DNA of 64,000 nucleotides from Escherichia coli (GTDB lineage Bacteria; Pseudomonadota; Gammaproteobacteria; Enterobacterales; Enterobacteriaceae): NCBI RefSeq assembly GCF_030013205.1, contig NZ_CP122649.1; one strand, 5' to 3'. Shown piece by piece: positions 52,397 to 62,608 of this stretch (position 1 is its first letter; each line of letters starts with the position of its first letter). The notes under the pieces were generated by a model. It saw only the letters and a program-made list of their open reading frames with translations, ran no database searches and was not told where the DNA came from. The position numbers and the translations under genes were made by a program.

Positions 52397-52693
52397 TTAA
52401 TGGATGAGCGATTTATAATCATGCGCCGACAGGTGGACGTTATGTACGCCATCGTTCCACTCAAAGAATAGCCGATATTTTGAATTAACTCGAATGGAAG
52501 AATACCGGTTTGCGGTCATTCTTAAGCGTTCGTACCGCAAACTACCAGATAACAATTCGCGTTCGTTTTTAACATTATTTAACGTTTCCAGTCTGCATGA
52601 AATCGCATTAATCAGTTCAGCAGGAATGCCTGCCGTGGATTTTCCATTACGGAAAAACTTTTCCAATCGCCTGTCTTTAAATGAATGGATCAT
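52397..52693 (-). CDS. HigB-like toxin (plasmid maintenance killer family, RelE/ParE fold)
   Basis: [24 protein letters not shown] ... IRVNSKYRLFFEWNDG fits the HigB killer pattern. Confidence 0.68.
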   Translation of the reverse strand: MIHSFKDRRLEKFFRNGKSTAGIPAELINAISCRLETLNNVKNERELLSGSLRYERLRMTANRYSSIRVNSKYRLFFEWNDGVHNVHLSAHDYKSLIH

Positions 52694-52756
52694 ATTTTCC
52701 TCCGTAACGAAATGAGTTTAAATAAATAAGAATTAAAAAAGCCTGAATCTAATTTA

Positions 52757-53224
52757 TTACATCCCGAGGATTCTGGCTGCGACCGTCAGTTGTTTATCAC
52801 TTAATGGAAATTTGCGTGATAACGTCGACTTCAGGCTGTTCAAAAAACTGTTCTCGCCGTCTTGCTGCGTGATGGCGTCCACCAGTTCTTGGTGGTTCTG
52901 ACACCAGAGGTTGAACGCGGAAGTCTTTGATTGAACAGCACGTTGACGCTCTGCTGCCTGAGCGGCTGAGATCTTGCGAGCAGCTTCTGGGTATATGCGA
53001 TACAGTGCAGTCAGGGTGTAACAGGTACGGGTAGTGACCAGGCTATAGCCAGTGGCATTACAGGCAATACAGCGGCTCTTATAAAAGTGATTGCGTTCGC
53101 CACGTCCATTGCATTTATTGCAAGTAACACGGTAAATATATTCCCCGGTGCCTTTTACTGAATCAATACACTTAATCTTAGCGTTATCGATTGCCATTCC
53201 GCTACGGTCAAAGTATTTATCCAT
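52757..53224 (-). CDS. zinc-ribbon protein (155 aa)
   Basis: CNKCNGRG ... CIACNATG. Confidence 0.55.
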   Translation of the reverse strand: MDKYFDRSGMAIDNAKIKCIDSVKGTGEYIYRVTCNKCNGRGERNHFYKSRCIACNATGYSLVTTRTCYTLTALYRIYPEAARKISAAQAAERQRAVQSKTSAFNLWCQNHQELVDAITQQDGENSFLNSLKSTLSRKFPLSDKQLTVAARILGM

Positions 53225-53939
53225 TTTTGATTCCTCAGGTTTGGTCTGAAGTAATAATGACAGATTGGCCTCGCTGGCTAATAACCTGAACGAACGTTTT
53301 TTGAAAATAAATCAGGAAGGATGATTGAGATGATTTATATATGCAGGATTCAATTTTAATGGAGGGTATTTTCAGAATTATCTGTTTACAAAAAACGAAA
53401 CAAATCCTAATGAGGCATTTATTGCATCACAATAAAAGTGATTGCTTTTCACTCATTTGAGTAGCGATGCTTAAGTATTTATCCGTTTTAAGGTATAACA
53501 GCAGCGTGATACGGCTCAGGGAATGCCTGTCCGTCACCTTAATGATGCTTTACTTCCGGTTGCCGAAACAGTCCATATGGCTGACATGTATAACACGCAC
53601 GGTCTAACGCAGTTCCGGGGGGTGGCACAGCGGCGTGATGCCGCTTTAATCTGGAAAACGCAGGCATCTACTGGTGCCTCAGGATCGCGGCACTCGCAAG
53701 CTGAAACACCAGAGCCTGTTCGTCTTCCGGCTGTATCGCTCGTCCCCGTCTACAAAACCCGTCTCATCCGCAGGTATCGCTGGCGCACTCCCAGACGGTT
53801 AGAGGCTTTCGGGAACTGCCTGGGTCAAAGAACACCGGCGTTCAGGTAGCTGTTGAAATGGACATCTACACGTTTTTGTTCAAGTGATTCAGTTGTGGTG
53901 AGGGCATAACGGGTAATGCCCTCCCGTGAAGCCCTGAGA

Positions 53940-53950
53940 AAAGTTACTTT
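53940..53950. promoter_or_regulatory. AAAGTWACTTT palindrome site
   Basis: Exact match in the divergent intergenic region, about 130 bp upstream of the 54084 gene. Confidence 0.6.
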
Positions 53951-54083
53951 TCCAGGATTAATGCAGTCTTGCTTTTAATATAAATTCAGGGGATATTTTT
54001 TTAAAAAAATACCTGTCGTCAACTTATTAGAAAAGTAAGTCAAAATGCTAGAGTGTTCTCATTCAAAAAGAGGAGAACTAACC

Positions 54084-54860
54084 ATGCCAAAATATTTGTT
54101 ACCTGCCGAGCTTGCGGAAATTGTTTGTGGATTACTGGTGCAACCAGCATTATTGAATGAATTAAAAACACCAGCCACGCATAAAGCATTTATGCAGGAC
54201 ATCGGCGAGCTGGTGGCGAAACATTGCGGCGGTCAAATTGACGGCGTGATCATGCCTGAGGTACGCGATGAAGACAGCCAGGCCGATTACCTGACATCTC
54301 CAGATGAAACCCCTTATATTGTTGTCTCTCCTGGCCAGGACATGCACTCCCTCACAGATAACGTCTGGCGTCATCATGCCCGGGATGGCTGGCTTGACCA
54401 TATCAAAGGCAGTGTCGAAGAAAGCCCTGATGAACTGCCGACCCACAAAGAGTGCGCTGTACGCCGCTACACCCTCCAGCGTCTGCTCCTTCAGGAAGAA
54501 ACCAGCCATGCTAATCTGCCAGTACAGGTGGTACGGATGTGTGAGTACAGCACCGACGATGTTGAGCAGACCGATTCTTCAGCAGAGTTTAACGTCACAA
54601 TGGCGCTCGGTGGTCATGCCATGCTGGCAGTAAAAGATACAGATTCCCGTCTGGTGATGGCCCTGACACTCTTGATTGAAAATGGAGTTCCCTCTGTCCA
54701 CGTTAATGCGGGTGACACTGATCCTTCAGTTCTGCACATCCGGGCAGCTCACGGTGGTCTGGTTCTTTCAACCGACTCCCTTAATCATGATTTCAGTATT
54801 TCGCCCTCTGACCAGTATACCTACGGACGCCCTGGATTATTATTGAAAGCCGCCTACTGA
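54084..54860 (+). CDS. 258-aa protein, tandem paralog A
   Basis: ATG 54084 with AGAGGAG RBS; shares HCGG and LHI.AAHGGLVL blocks with the next gene. Confidence 0.62.
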   Translation: MPKYLLPAELAEIVCGLLVQPALLNELKTPATHKAFMQDIGELVAKHCGGQIDGVIMPEVRDEDSQADYLTSPDETPYIVVSPGQDMHSLTDNVWRHHARDGWLDHIKGSVEESPDELPTHKECAVRRYTLQRLLLQEETSHANLPVQVVRMCEYSTDDVEQTDSSAEFNVTMALGGHAMLAVKDTDSRLVMALTLLIENGVPSVHVNAGDTDPSVLHIRAAHGGLVLSTDSLNHDFSISPSDQYTYGRPGLLLKAAY

Positions 54861-55009
54861 TTTATTAATTCAAAATCCGTCATTATTATTTACCCCCATT
54901 TTTCGCCCCTAACTTATGGGGCGAGTATATTTTAAAAAACTTTCTTTCAGGTTATTAGCCAGCAAACTAGAACTGGTAGAATTAATTCATCAGAGAAAAG
55001 GGGACTATC

Positions 55010-55786
55010 ATGGCTAAATTAATTTCGACGCGTGAACTGGCAACAATTATTACTGCATTACTGGTAAAACCAGAATTACTGGGCGAGCTGGATTCCCCAG
55101 AAAAACATCGCGCCCTGATGGAAGATCTGGGGCGTGTTGTGGCAGAGCATTGTGGCGGTAATGTCACTGAAATCGCACTACCGGAGACCGATGGTACGGC
55201 TGCTGAAGGCGCGTTGCAGAATGGCCAGCCCGTCCGCTATCTGGAAACCAAAGAAAGCTCTCCGTATCTCATCGTACACCCTGACGCCTCACTGCCGTCG
55301 GTGACGCAAAACGTCTGGATGCACGCTGATCATGATGGCTGGGAAGAGCATTTCAACGGAGAGACCGATGCCCTGACTCCAGAGATGAGCGAGCAGTTCC
55401 GCCAGCAGGTTTATGCACTGCTGACGCCGGAATCCCATACCACCTCTTCAGAAATGAGACTGACTTTGCAGGACTGGCAACTGGGTGAAGCCGAGATCCC
55501 AGAAGAAGACTGTCAGCCCTACCAGGTGAAGGTGTTAGCAGAAAATAAAAACGTTCAGTGCGAAGTGACGAATGAAACCGGCACCACGTGTTTCGGCCTC
55601 ATTTTGGAGATCGACCGTGGTGTACCGACGCTGCACATTGATACGGGCAGTGATTCACTGCTGCACATTCACGCGGCACATGACGGCCTGGTTCTGACAC
55701 CGGATGCACCGAGCCACAGATTTGAAGATGCTCCTGTAGATCGCTTTTCTTATAACAGCCCGTCCCTGTTGGTGCCTGGGGTGTAA
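55010..55786 (+). CDS. 258-aa protein, tandem paralog B
   Basis: Same length and conserved blocks as 54084..54860. Confidence 0.62.
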   Translation: MAKLISTRELATIITALLVKPELLGELDSPEKHRALMEDLGRVVAEHCGGNVTEIALPETDGTAAEGALQNGQPVRYLETKESSPYLIVHPDASLPSVTQNVWMHADHDGWEEHFNGETDALTPEMSEQFRQQVYALLTPESHTTSSEMRLTLQDWQLGEAEIPEEDCQPYQVKVLAENKNVQCEVTNETGTTCFGLILEIDRGVPTLHIDTGSDSLLHIHAAHDGLVLTPDAPSHRFEDAPVDRFSYNSPSLLVPGV

Positions 55787-55974
55787 CCAGGCAAACTGCC
55801 CAGCGGTATTTTGGCCCCGGGTAAAATTATTCAGAACAGGAGTCAGGCAGATGGGCGATGTTGCCACACTACCACCGAAAATTAACGATGGCGTACTTCG
55901 ACGCTGGAATGCTCGCGGTAAAGCGGATAAAGAGGCGCTGGCCGACTATGGCGTTAGCGTGAAGGAGGAGTGAA

Positions 55975-56316
55975 TTGCGCGAATTACTTGGAATGGCAGG
56001 TGCAGAACATCAAGCCTCCGTAATGTATCAAACGTTCGGACACCTCGACGCGAAGCTAGGCGAAAAGCATAAAGGTCACTTCGTTTTTATCAACGGCCAG
56101 CACGGCGATCTGTGCGTTGTGCATAGTGAATTTTCATCCTTTGACGAAGGTCCAGGCTATTTCAGTGACCGTGCCGACTTCATCTGGGAATTAGTTAAAA
56201 ACGACGGCCCATGCTCTAAGGTCGGGATTTACCGATTTGACGGCGAATACGCGCTTCCTAAGCGCCGGAATGGGAGAAGATTTTCAGGAAGCGTAACGTG
56301 CCTGCAAGCATTCTAA
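55975..56316 (+). CDS. hypothetical protein (113 aa)
   Basis: ORF only. Confidence 0.45.
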   Translation: MRELLGMAGAEHQASVMYQTFGHLDAKLGEKHKGHFVFINGQHGDLCVVHSEFSSFDEGPGYFSDRADFIWELVKNDGPCSKVGIYRFDGEYALPKRRNGRRFSGSVTCLQAF

Positions 56317-56416
56317 TTCCGTGCTGCATGAGCGCCGACAGGTCTTCCGTACAACGGGAGGCGGCACAGTTCGCGTGCAACCATCCCCACACAATAACTC
56401 GACTGAGTACATAATA

Positions 56417-56680
56417 ATGACGAACGCTAACGCAAATGACGGGAAGACCAGCCCGGTATTACCCACTCTCGAACAGGTCTATGCTCTGCTCAAGGCCAAC
56501 TATAAACCCGCACGATTTGCTGATCGGGATGGGGAAATCTGGGGGCATGAGTATTCATGGAACTTGGCAAGATCCAGTTTGCAAGACCTGGAGAAATACG
56601 GGAAATCATATGTATCCAAGCATTCCGACCGGATGGGCGATGGATTCAGTTTTGGTCCTGACCTGGTCATTATTCGCTGA
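56417..56680 (+). CDS. hypothetical protein (87 aa)
   Basis: Internal ATG of track ORF 56321..56680. Confidence 0.4.
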   Translation: MTNANANDGKTSPVLPTLEQVYALLKANYKPARFADRDGEIWGHEYSWNLARSSLQDLEKYGKSYVSKHSDRMGDGFSFGPDLVIIR

Positions 56681-56907
56681 CATACGCACGGAAGTGAGTA
56701 AGATGGCTGGCTGCGCCGGAGAACTAGAGTAATGAAGGGTAAAAATATCGTGGCTCGTGTCGTGCGGGAAGCGGCCTATAAGTGGGAAACTCGCCACCAA
56801 TTGCAGCAGGCGTACAATTCAGCGAGTGACGTGGGAAAAGTTCCCAGACATTCCGGTTCCGCATCTGATTTACGCCAGACGCTGTCATTTTTAATTCTTT
56901 GTAGGGC

Positions 56908-57612
56908 ATGACGATGAAAAACACAGTAATACCGACGGTGACTGAAAACGAGATGGGAGAGGTGATCACCCGCCACTCGGCTTACGGACTGGTATCAGTA
57001 AGCCGCACGTCCACGACGGGACAGCGCCTTTATGCCTCCGACCTCAGTCATAAAGAGGTAGTCACGATGACCTTCAGTGAATCAGAGCAGATTGAACGCG
57101 ACGGTGTGATCCGTCATCGACTGGCGGAAGGCCGACGCCGCTCACCGCTCCTGCAAGTCAGTCTGTCTCCGGCGCAGTGGGCCACGATGATCACATCGTT
57201 CGGAATGAGTGACGGCGTGCCGTGTACCATTAACAGCCTGATTCGCGGCGATTATGAGCGGCAGCCGGAGATTGGCTATATTGAGTCGACACGCGAACGA
57301 TACGAACGGCAGATCCGGGAAGCCGCTGAGCGTGAAATGGCGAAATTGCATGAAAAGCTGGAAGTGCTGCGTTTGCTGGCGGTAAAAGGCAAGGCTGGAA
57401 AGCGTGAGCTTGACGAAGCCTATCAGTCGCTGTTAAGCGTAATCAATAACTTGCCGGTCAATCTGGCCTTCACCAACCAACTCATTCAGGAATCCATGGT
57501 GAATATCGTCTCACACGGCAAGGCCGAACTCGAAGCCACCGCCATGGGCGTAGCCGCTCGTCTGGGTATGAAAGAAATGAGCAGCCTTGCCTCGCTGGAA
57601 GAGAAGAAGTAA
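56908..57612 (+). CDS. hypothetical protein (234 aa)
   Basis: ORF with coiled-coil-like C-terminal half. Confidence 0.55.
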   Translation: MTMKNTVIPTVTENEMGEVITRHSAYGLVSVSRTSTTGQRLYASDLSHKEVVTMTFSESEQIERDGVIRHRLAEGRRRSPLLQVSLSPAQWATMITSFGMSDGVPCTINSLIRGDYERQPEIGYIESTRERYERQIREAAEREMAKLHEKLEVLRLLAVKGKAGKRELDEAYQSLLSVINNLPVNLAFTNQLIQESMVNIVSHGKAELEATAMGVAARLGMKEMSSLASLEEKK

Positions 57613-57644
57613 CCGGTGCGCCCGCCCGTAAATCATGAAATGCA

Positions 57645-58064
57645 CTAACGTCCATACCTGCTGCACACATACGCGGCACACAGATCAACGGCCAGCGCAT
57701 ACCGCGTTGACATAAACCGTAAACACTGAAGTGCGTCGTCCTGTCGGGGACATTCTACGTGGTTTTCTACGCCCCCCCCTTCTCTCTTCTGCGGCTCACA
57801 GAACTTCAGGAATTGCTGGTGGGCAGTCTCCAGGACGTTTTCCAGTAACCGGCTGTGGTCAGCGTCATATCCCTTCAGCAGGCGTTCCAGTTCTGCCATA
57901 GCGAGTGCAGGTGGTAACCAGATGACGCCAAGCAGCAAAAACTGGCTCTGCATTCGAATTTCATGGCGATCTGGCTTCAGACCCTCTGCCCGGGAAGCGC
58001 AATAATAAATCCTCTCCAGGGGAGCTACACGCGTGATAAGAGGTTTCTCAGCAAGTTCTGACAT
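57645..58064 (-). CDS. hypothetical protein (139 aa)
   Basis: ORF only. Confidence 0.5.
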   Translation of the reverse strand: MSELAEKPLITRVAPLERIYYCASRAEGLKPDRHEIRMQSQFLLLGVIWLPPALAMAELERLLKGYDADHSRLLENVLETAHQQFLKFCEPQKREGGGVENHVECPRQDDALQCLRFMSTRYALAVDLCAAYVCSRYGR

Positions 58065-58151
58065 GCGACTAAATCAGCCTGTTTCGTTTCTTTCTGATTA
58101 CGTTAAGACACTATGAAAAAGCCCCGTAATACGGGGCCGGTTCGGAGGCAG

Positions 58152-60536
58152 TTACTGGATTTGCGGCAGCTCGATCATGAAGCTTGATTCACCGACATTG
58201 CCGCTGGTGGCCGGGAAGATGGGGATCAGGACGCCATCACCCTGCCCGAAATCTATCGTGATGTCTTTCGAATCCCCGGGTACGACGGCCACCCCATTCA
58301 TACTAACCGCAAAGGCCGCATCTTTGCGGACCGTCAGCGTGCCGGTTTGTGCTCCAGTGATCAGCGAACCATCTTTTTTCCGGATGCTATTGGTACGCAG
58401 ATACGCCAGCGGCTGGTTATCTGATGTCTTCAGCCCCATACCCACGGCCAGCGTTTTGAGAGTGTTAAATTCAATCAGGTTGTTCGGTACATAACGGAAC
58501 CGGCTGACCTTTGTCGTGGTATTACCGGCTTCATCTACCGCAACCGCAGTAAGCTGGTAGGAATCCGCATCATCTGTCGCGGGGAAGATACGCGGGTAGT
58601 TCAGCCCGTATTTATCAGTTCCCTGGCTGTACCAGCCCACACTGACTTTGTCAGAAGTGGGTCCGCCGCTCAGCGTGATGCTTTTCAGGGAAGCTTTTGT
58701 CATATCGTCGGCCAGTGTGATCACCAGATTTTCCAGCCCTTTGACCAGTGCTCCGTCAGCCTGCTTTCCCTCAAAACTGATATCGACAACAGGCGGCGTG
58801 ACGTCATGCAGGATGGTATTCGATAGCGTCAGTTCTGCCGTGTTGTTGTAGGTGTCCGTCGCGGCACCCGTTGCAGTGTATTTCCCGGAGGGTAACGCGC
58901 TGTAATCAAACGTCACTTGTTTCAGCTGGTAGTTCAGGACCGTAACGTTTTTCGGCGACAAGGTAGAGACTTTATTACTGGTGTCCTTCAGTGTGAGGTT
59001 AAAGATATTGGTGGCCCACATATAATTGGTCCAGTCGTTAGTTACGTCACTGTCCGTCACCAGCATTACCACCGTTTTATCCAGTGGGCTGGAGACGATA
59101 CTGTTGATAACCGGGGCGTTCATATCCCAGTAGGTGTAGAAATGCGACTGTAGTCCGCCGAGATTTGCGTATGAACCGGTCCCTCTGATATGAATTTGGT
59201 ACGGAACATAGCCTTTCCCGCTCGTCTTACAGTAATTCATGCTGACCTGGCAACTGCTCTCACCCACTGAAACATTGCAACTGCCAATGCCGACGATAGT
59301 AGCAGTTTGCACATAAGAGCGCGGTTCAACGTTTACACGACCCAAATCTACGCAATCCGGCCCGGTAAACCTGACGATGTCACTCGAAGTCCATGTATTA
59401 GCATCTCTGAAATGGTACTGCCCTGACAAATAGCGGGGGGCTTCAGCCACGCCGTTACCCGGAGTAAATTTCAGCGTTTTGTACTGGAGGTTGACGTTAA
59501 GGCCCGCTTTAGTATGAAGCTCGTAGTACATATAGGTTTCCGGGTAGCTCACCGTGGCTTCAGTATAAAAATAGGTATTGTCGGAGTTGGTAATCTGATC
59601 GACCCAGCCGAAGTCTGTCCCGTTAAAATTGGTTGAGTCCGATTTAAGGCGTTTGTACCTGAATTTGACTGGGTTCTCGAAAATAGTCATGCCAGGAACA
59701 TAATCTTCCCAGACGCCTGTTTTCGCATTCCGCACCTGATGTTGAATGTAGCTGGGTATTGTACGATCAATACCAGAGCGATGTGATGTTTCTGTCCAGT
59801 TCCCGGCTTTGTCATAAACCCGAAAACCTACGGTGTAATATGCCGGACTGACGGGCGCAACCGTGCTTCCTGCCGCCACCGCCGCCAGTGCCTGGACCAC
59901 CCCCGTGAGTGCATTCAGCTGAGCATTTACAGTCCGGCGGACACCGCTGCTGTCAATAGCAAACCACTCCGCTTTATCCAGTCCTGACCTCGCATCAGAG
60001 ACGTTCGATAACGAAATGGCCTGGGTTGCGGTCCTGTCGCCGAAAATATCCAGACTTCCGTACTGAAAACCAGCCCTGATCCACTGCATCGGATCTGGTA
60101 GAACGGGAGGAGTGATATCGATGCTGAAAGAGTAGCTGGTTGTCGCCACGACATTCGACTTATTGTCGAGTGTTTCGGATTTAAGAGAAAAAGTACCCTC
60201 GCCCAGTACCGGCAGTGTCATGGACTTGCCGTAGTACTCACTACCATCAGCGGCAGTGATCCTGTCGGCCACTGTCACCAGGCCGGTGACACTCTGGAAC
60301 ATCTGCACATTATCGGATGAACGTGTCACGGTAACGCGCTCGTAGCGGTCGAGACCAGATATCAGATTCAGCGTAATTGCGCTGCCCGGGTTGAGATACT
60401 CTCTGGTGGGTTCAGCATTCACTTTCGTGCCGCGTGTGTCGGTATACGAATAGTTGTAAAGCTGAGCCTGGCTGTAAAGCGGGAACAGCAGTGCCGTATA
60501 GACGGCGACAATCAACGGACGTCGGCAAAATTTCAT
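58152..60536 (-). CDS. large secreted Ig-like (Big-type) surface protein
   Basis: 794 aa, signal peptide, beta-rich Thr/Ser/Val-rich repeats. Confidence 0.7.
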   Translation of the reverse strand: MKFCRRPLIVAVYTALLFPLYSQAQLYNYSYTDTRGTKVNAEPTREYLNPGSAITLNLISGLDRYERVTVTRSSDNVQMFQSVTGLVTVADRITAADGSEYYGKSMTLPVLGEGTFSLKSETLDNKSNVVATTSYSFSIDITPPVLPDPMQWIRAGFQYGSLDIFGDRTATQAISLSNVSDARSGLDKAEWFAIDSSGVRRTVNAQLNALTGVVQALAAVAAGSTVAPVSPAYYTVGFRVYDKAGNWTETSHRSGIDRTIPSYIQHQVRNAKTGVWEDYVPGMTIFENPVKFRYKRLKSDSTNFNGTDFGWVDQITNSDNTYFYTEATVSYPETYMYYELHTKAGLNVNLQYKTLKFTPGNGVAEAPRYLSGQYHFRDANTWTSSDIVRFTGPDCVDLGRVNVEPRSYVQTATIVGIGSCNVSVGESSCQVSMNYCKTSGKGYVPYQIHIRGTGSYANLGGLQSHFYTYWDMNAPVINSIVSSPLDKTVVMLVTDSDVTNDWTNYMWATNIFNLTLKDTSNKVSTLSPKNVTVLNYQLKQVTFDYSALPSGKYTATGAATDTYNNTAELTLSNTILHDVTPPVVDISFEGKQADGALVKGLENLVITLADDMTKASLKSITLSGGPTSDKVSVGWYSQGTDKYGLNYPRIFPATDDADSYQLTAVAVDEAGNTTTKVSRFRYVPNNLIEFNTLKTLAVGMGLKTSDNQPLAYLRTNSIRKKDGSLITGAQTGTLTVRKDAAFAVSMNGVAVVPGDSKDITIDFGQGDGVLIPIFPATSGNVGESSFMIELPQIQ

Positions 60537-60786
60537 TTCGGTTCTCCTGGTTGGCCAGAAAATTTTACCTGAATCGTTTTCTTCGCCCGGGCGCTAAGAG
60601 GGGTAATTGTTCAGTAAAACATCGTCCGTTTGTGTGCTTTTTGCCAGATTTAATCGGCAGGCCTGCGGGAAATACCCCATCCCAATGTCCGTTTTAGGCT
60701 GATTAATTCCCCAGAAATCCCCCCCTTAACGGAAAAATCCGCAGGGCAGACGTTTAAAATAGCAACAACTAAAAGGGGAATACTGA

Positions 60787-62388
60787 ATGAAAAATCAGGC
60801 TATAGCTTTGGCTATGGCTATGCTCGGAGTCTCAGTTCCGGCATCTGCTCAAATTTATGAATCCATCTTCACAGATACCAATGGTATTGAAGTTCACGCC
60901 CCCTCAACCCGGCTGTTGCTGAATCCGGCCTCACCGGTAACCCTGACGCTCATTGCCGGTCTTGACCGTTATGTGAATGTCAAAATCACCAGCGCCACCG
61001 GCACGCAACTGCTGAACACCACTACTACGCGCACCAGCGTATCCGACCGTCTGAAGGCCGGAGATGGCAGCGAATTTTACGGAAAAAAAGTAACTTTACC
61101 GGTGCTTGGCGAAGGCAGGTCGGTTGTGCAGGTCAGTATTCTGGATCTGAATCAGTCCGTTGTAGCCACCTACAGCTACAACTGGCTGGTAGACACCACA
61201 CCGCTGTCTGGTAATGCCCTCACAGGCAACGCCGCCTATGGATCAACTGCGGGTAGCGTCTGGAAAATGGGGCTGGAGGCCACGGGGCAGTTTGATTTTA
61301 CCTCAACCAATGTCACGGACGTAAATGGCATCGAGAAAGGTATGTTTTATGTCTATCACAGTAACGGCAGTCTGTTCAGTACGACGTGACTGGTCAGAAG
61401 ATGTATCACACTTACTCAAAAAACTCGGTCAAAGGCGCGGGTATTCCCGACAGCAATCTGGATGAAGATTTCACGGCCAAGGTAGTCATTTATGACAACG
61501 CAGGAAACACCCGAACCCTTCCGTTGCAGCTCTTTCGATATGATAACTATCTGGGCGGTCCGAGATCCGCAAAGCTCCGCCAGCGTGGTGCCAGGGGTTT
61601 CCGGATATCCGGCCTATTCAGCTGGGATGACCGTTAATGAGAATCCGATTCATCTTGTATATCGCGTGCCAAAGTCCAACTACCGGTCATATGCCGAGGG
61701 CGGCCTGCTATTCTATAACCTGTATTCTTCCCCGACCGAGATTGCGACGGACAGCACCTATACCTACGTTGAAATGATCCTGCCCTAGTACGGTGGTATA
61801 CGGGCTGGAGAATATCCGTATAGCTCTGGCGGATAACCTGACAACACCCCGGATCACCCGTCTTCAGATAACCGGAGGGCCAACGGCAGATAACGTTGAG
61901 CTCACGTGGTCACCTGCTGGCACGAACGTTTATGCGCCAGAATATCCAAGGCTGTTCCCCTCATTCGAGCCTTCCGAAAACTATGCGCTTAGCGTGACGG
62001 TCTCCGACAGTCAGTCGAACAGCAAAACTTATACCCAGAAATTCAGCTACCTCCCGAATAACCTAGTGCAGTTGCATAACCTGCGAACCTTATCCGTCAG
62101 TTCAGCACTCAAAACGTCGTTAAATGAGCCTCTTGCTTATCTGTCAACCAACGTGTTGCGTAAGTCCAACGGTGAGATTGCAAAAACGTCCAGAGTGCGA
62201 CGCTAACGGTACGTAAAGACGCTGCCTTCGGTATTAAGTTCAACGGCGTGCAGGCCGCGCTTGGTGAATCTGTAGAGGTGAAAATTGATATGGGGCTCGG
62301 TGATAACCTTTTAGTACCTATATACCCTGCTGAAAACGGCAAAGTGGGTACATCCGAGTTCATGATCCAGATCGATGAGCTGAAGTAA
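60787..62388 (+). pseudogene. frameshifted paralog of the Big-type protein
   Basis: Track ORFs at 60787-61389, 61386-61637, 61492-61788, 61793-62206 and a final frame to 62388 are each colinear with 58152..60536. Confidence 0.7.
61087..61097. promoter_or_regulatory. AAAGTWACTTT palindrome site
   Basis: Exact match inside the Big-protein pseudogene (CGGAAAAAAAGTAACTTTACCGG). Confidence 0.5.
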
Positions 62389-62424
62389 TGAGAATGGGCC
62401 GTCGGTAGTACTGGCGGCTTAACG

Positions 62425-62435
62425 AAAGTAACTTT
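62425..62435. promoter_or_regulatory. AAAGTWACTTT palindrome site
   Basis: Exact match about 350 bp upstream of repA. Confidence 0.6.
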
Positions 62436-62608
62436 TTCTGTAAGGGTTGAAGTGTGCTTCTGATGTTTTTAGAACGGATCGGAATTTACTCACATTTTGA
62501 TCGTGATGATTCAATACGTGACAGAGCATAGTTATCAACAGGATAGAATAATAATAAAGATCAATAGAGGATCAATAGCAGATCAAAAAGGAATAACGAT
62601 CCTCGCAG

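Noticed and set aside
53523-53849. Track ORF 53523..53849 (+) in the divergent intergenic region
   Set aside because: Arg/Ala-rich low-complexity translation in a region more likely to be promoter and regulatory sequence.
3671-62435. Palindrome copies considered as intrinsic terminators
   Set aside because: The stem would be AT-only (AAAAGT/ACTTTT) with a 1-nt loop, and many copies lie upstream of genes or inside CDS.
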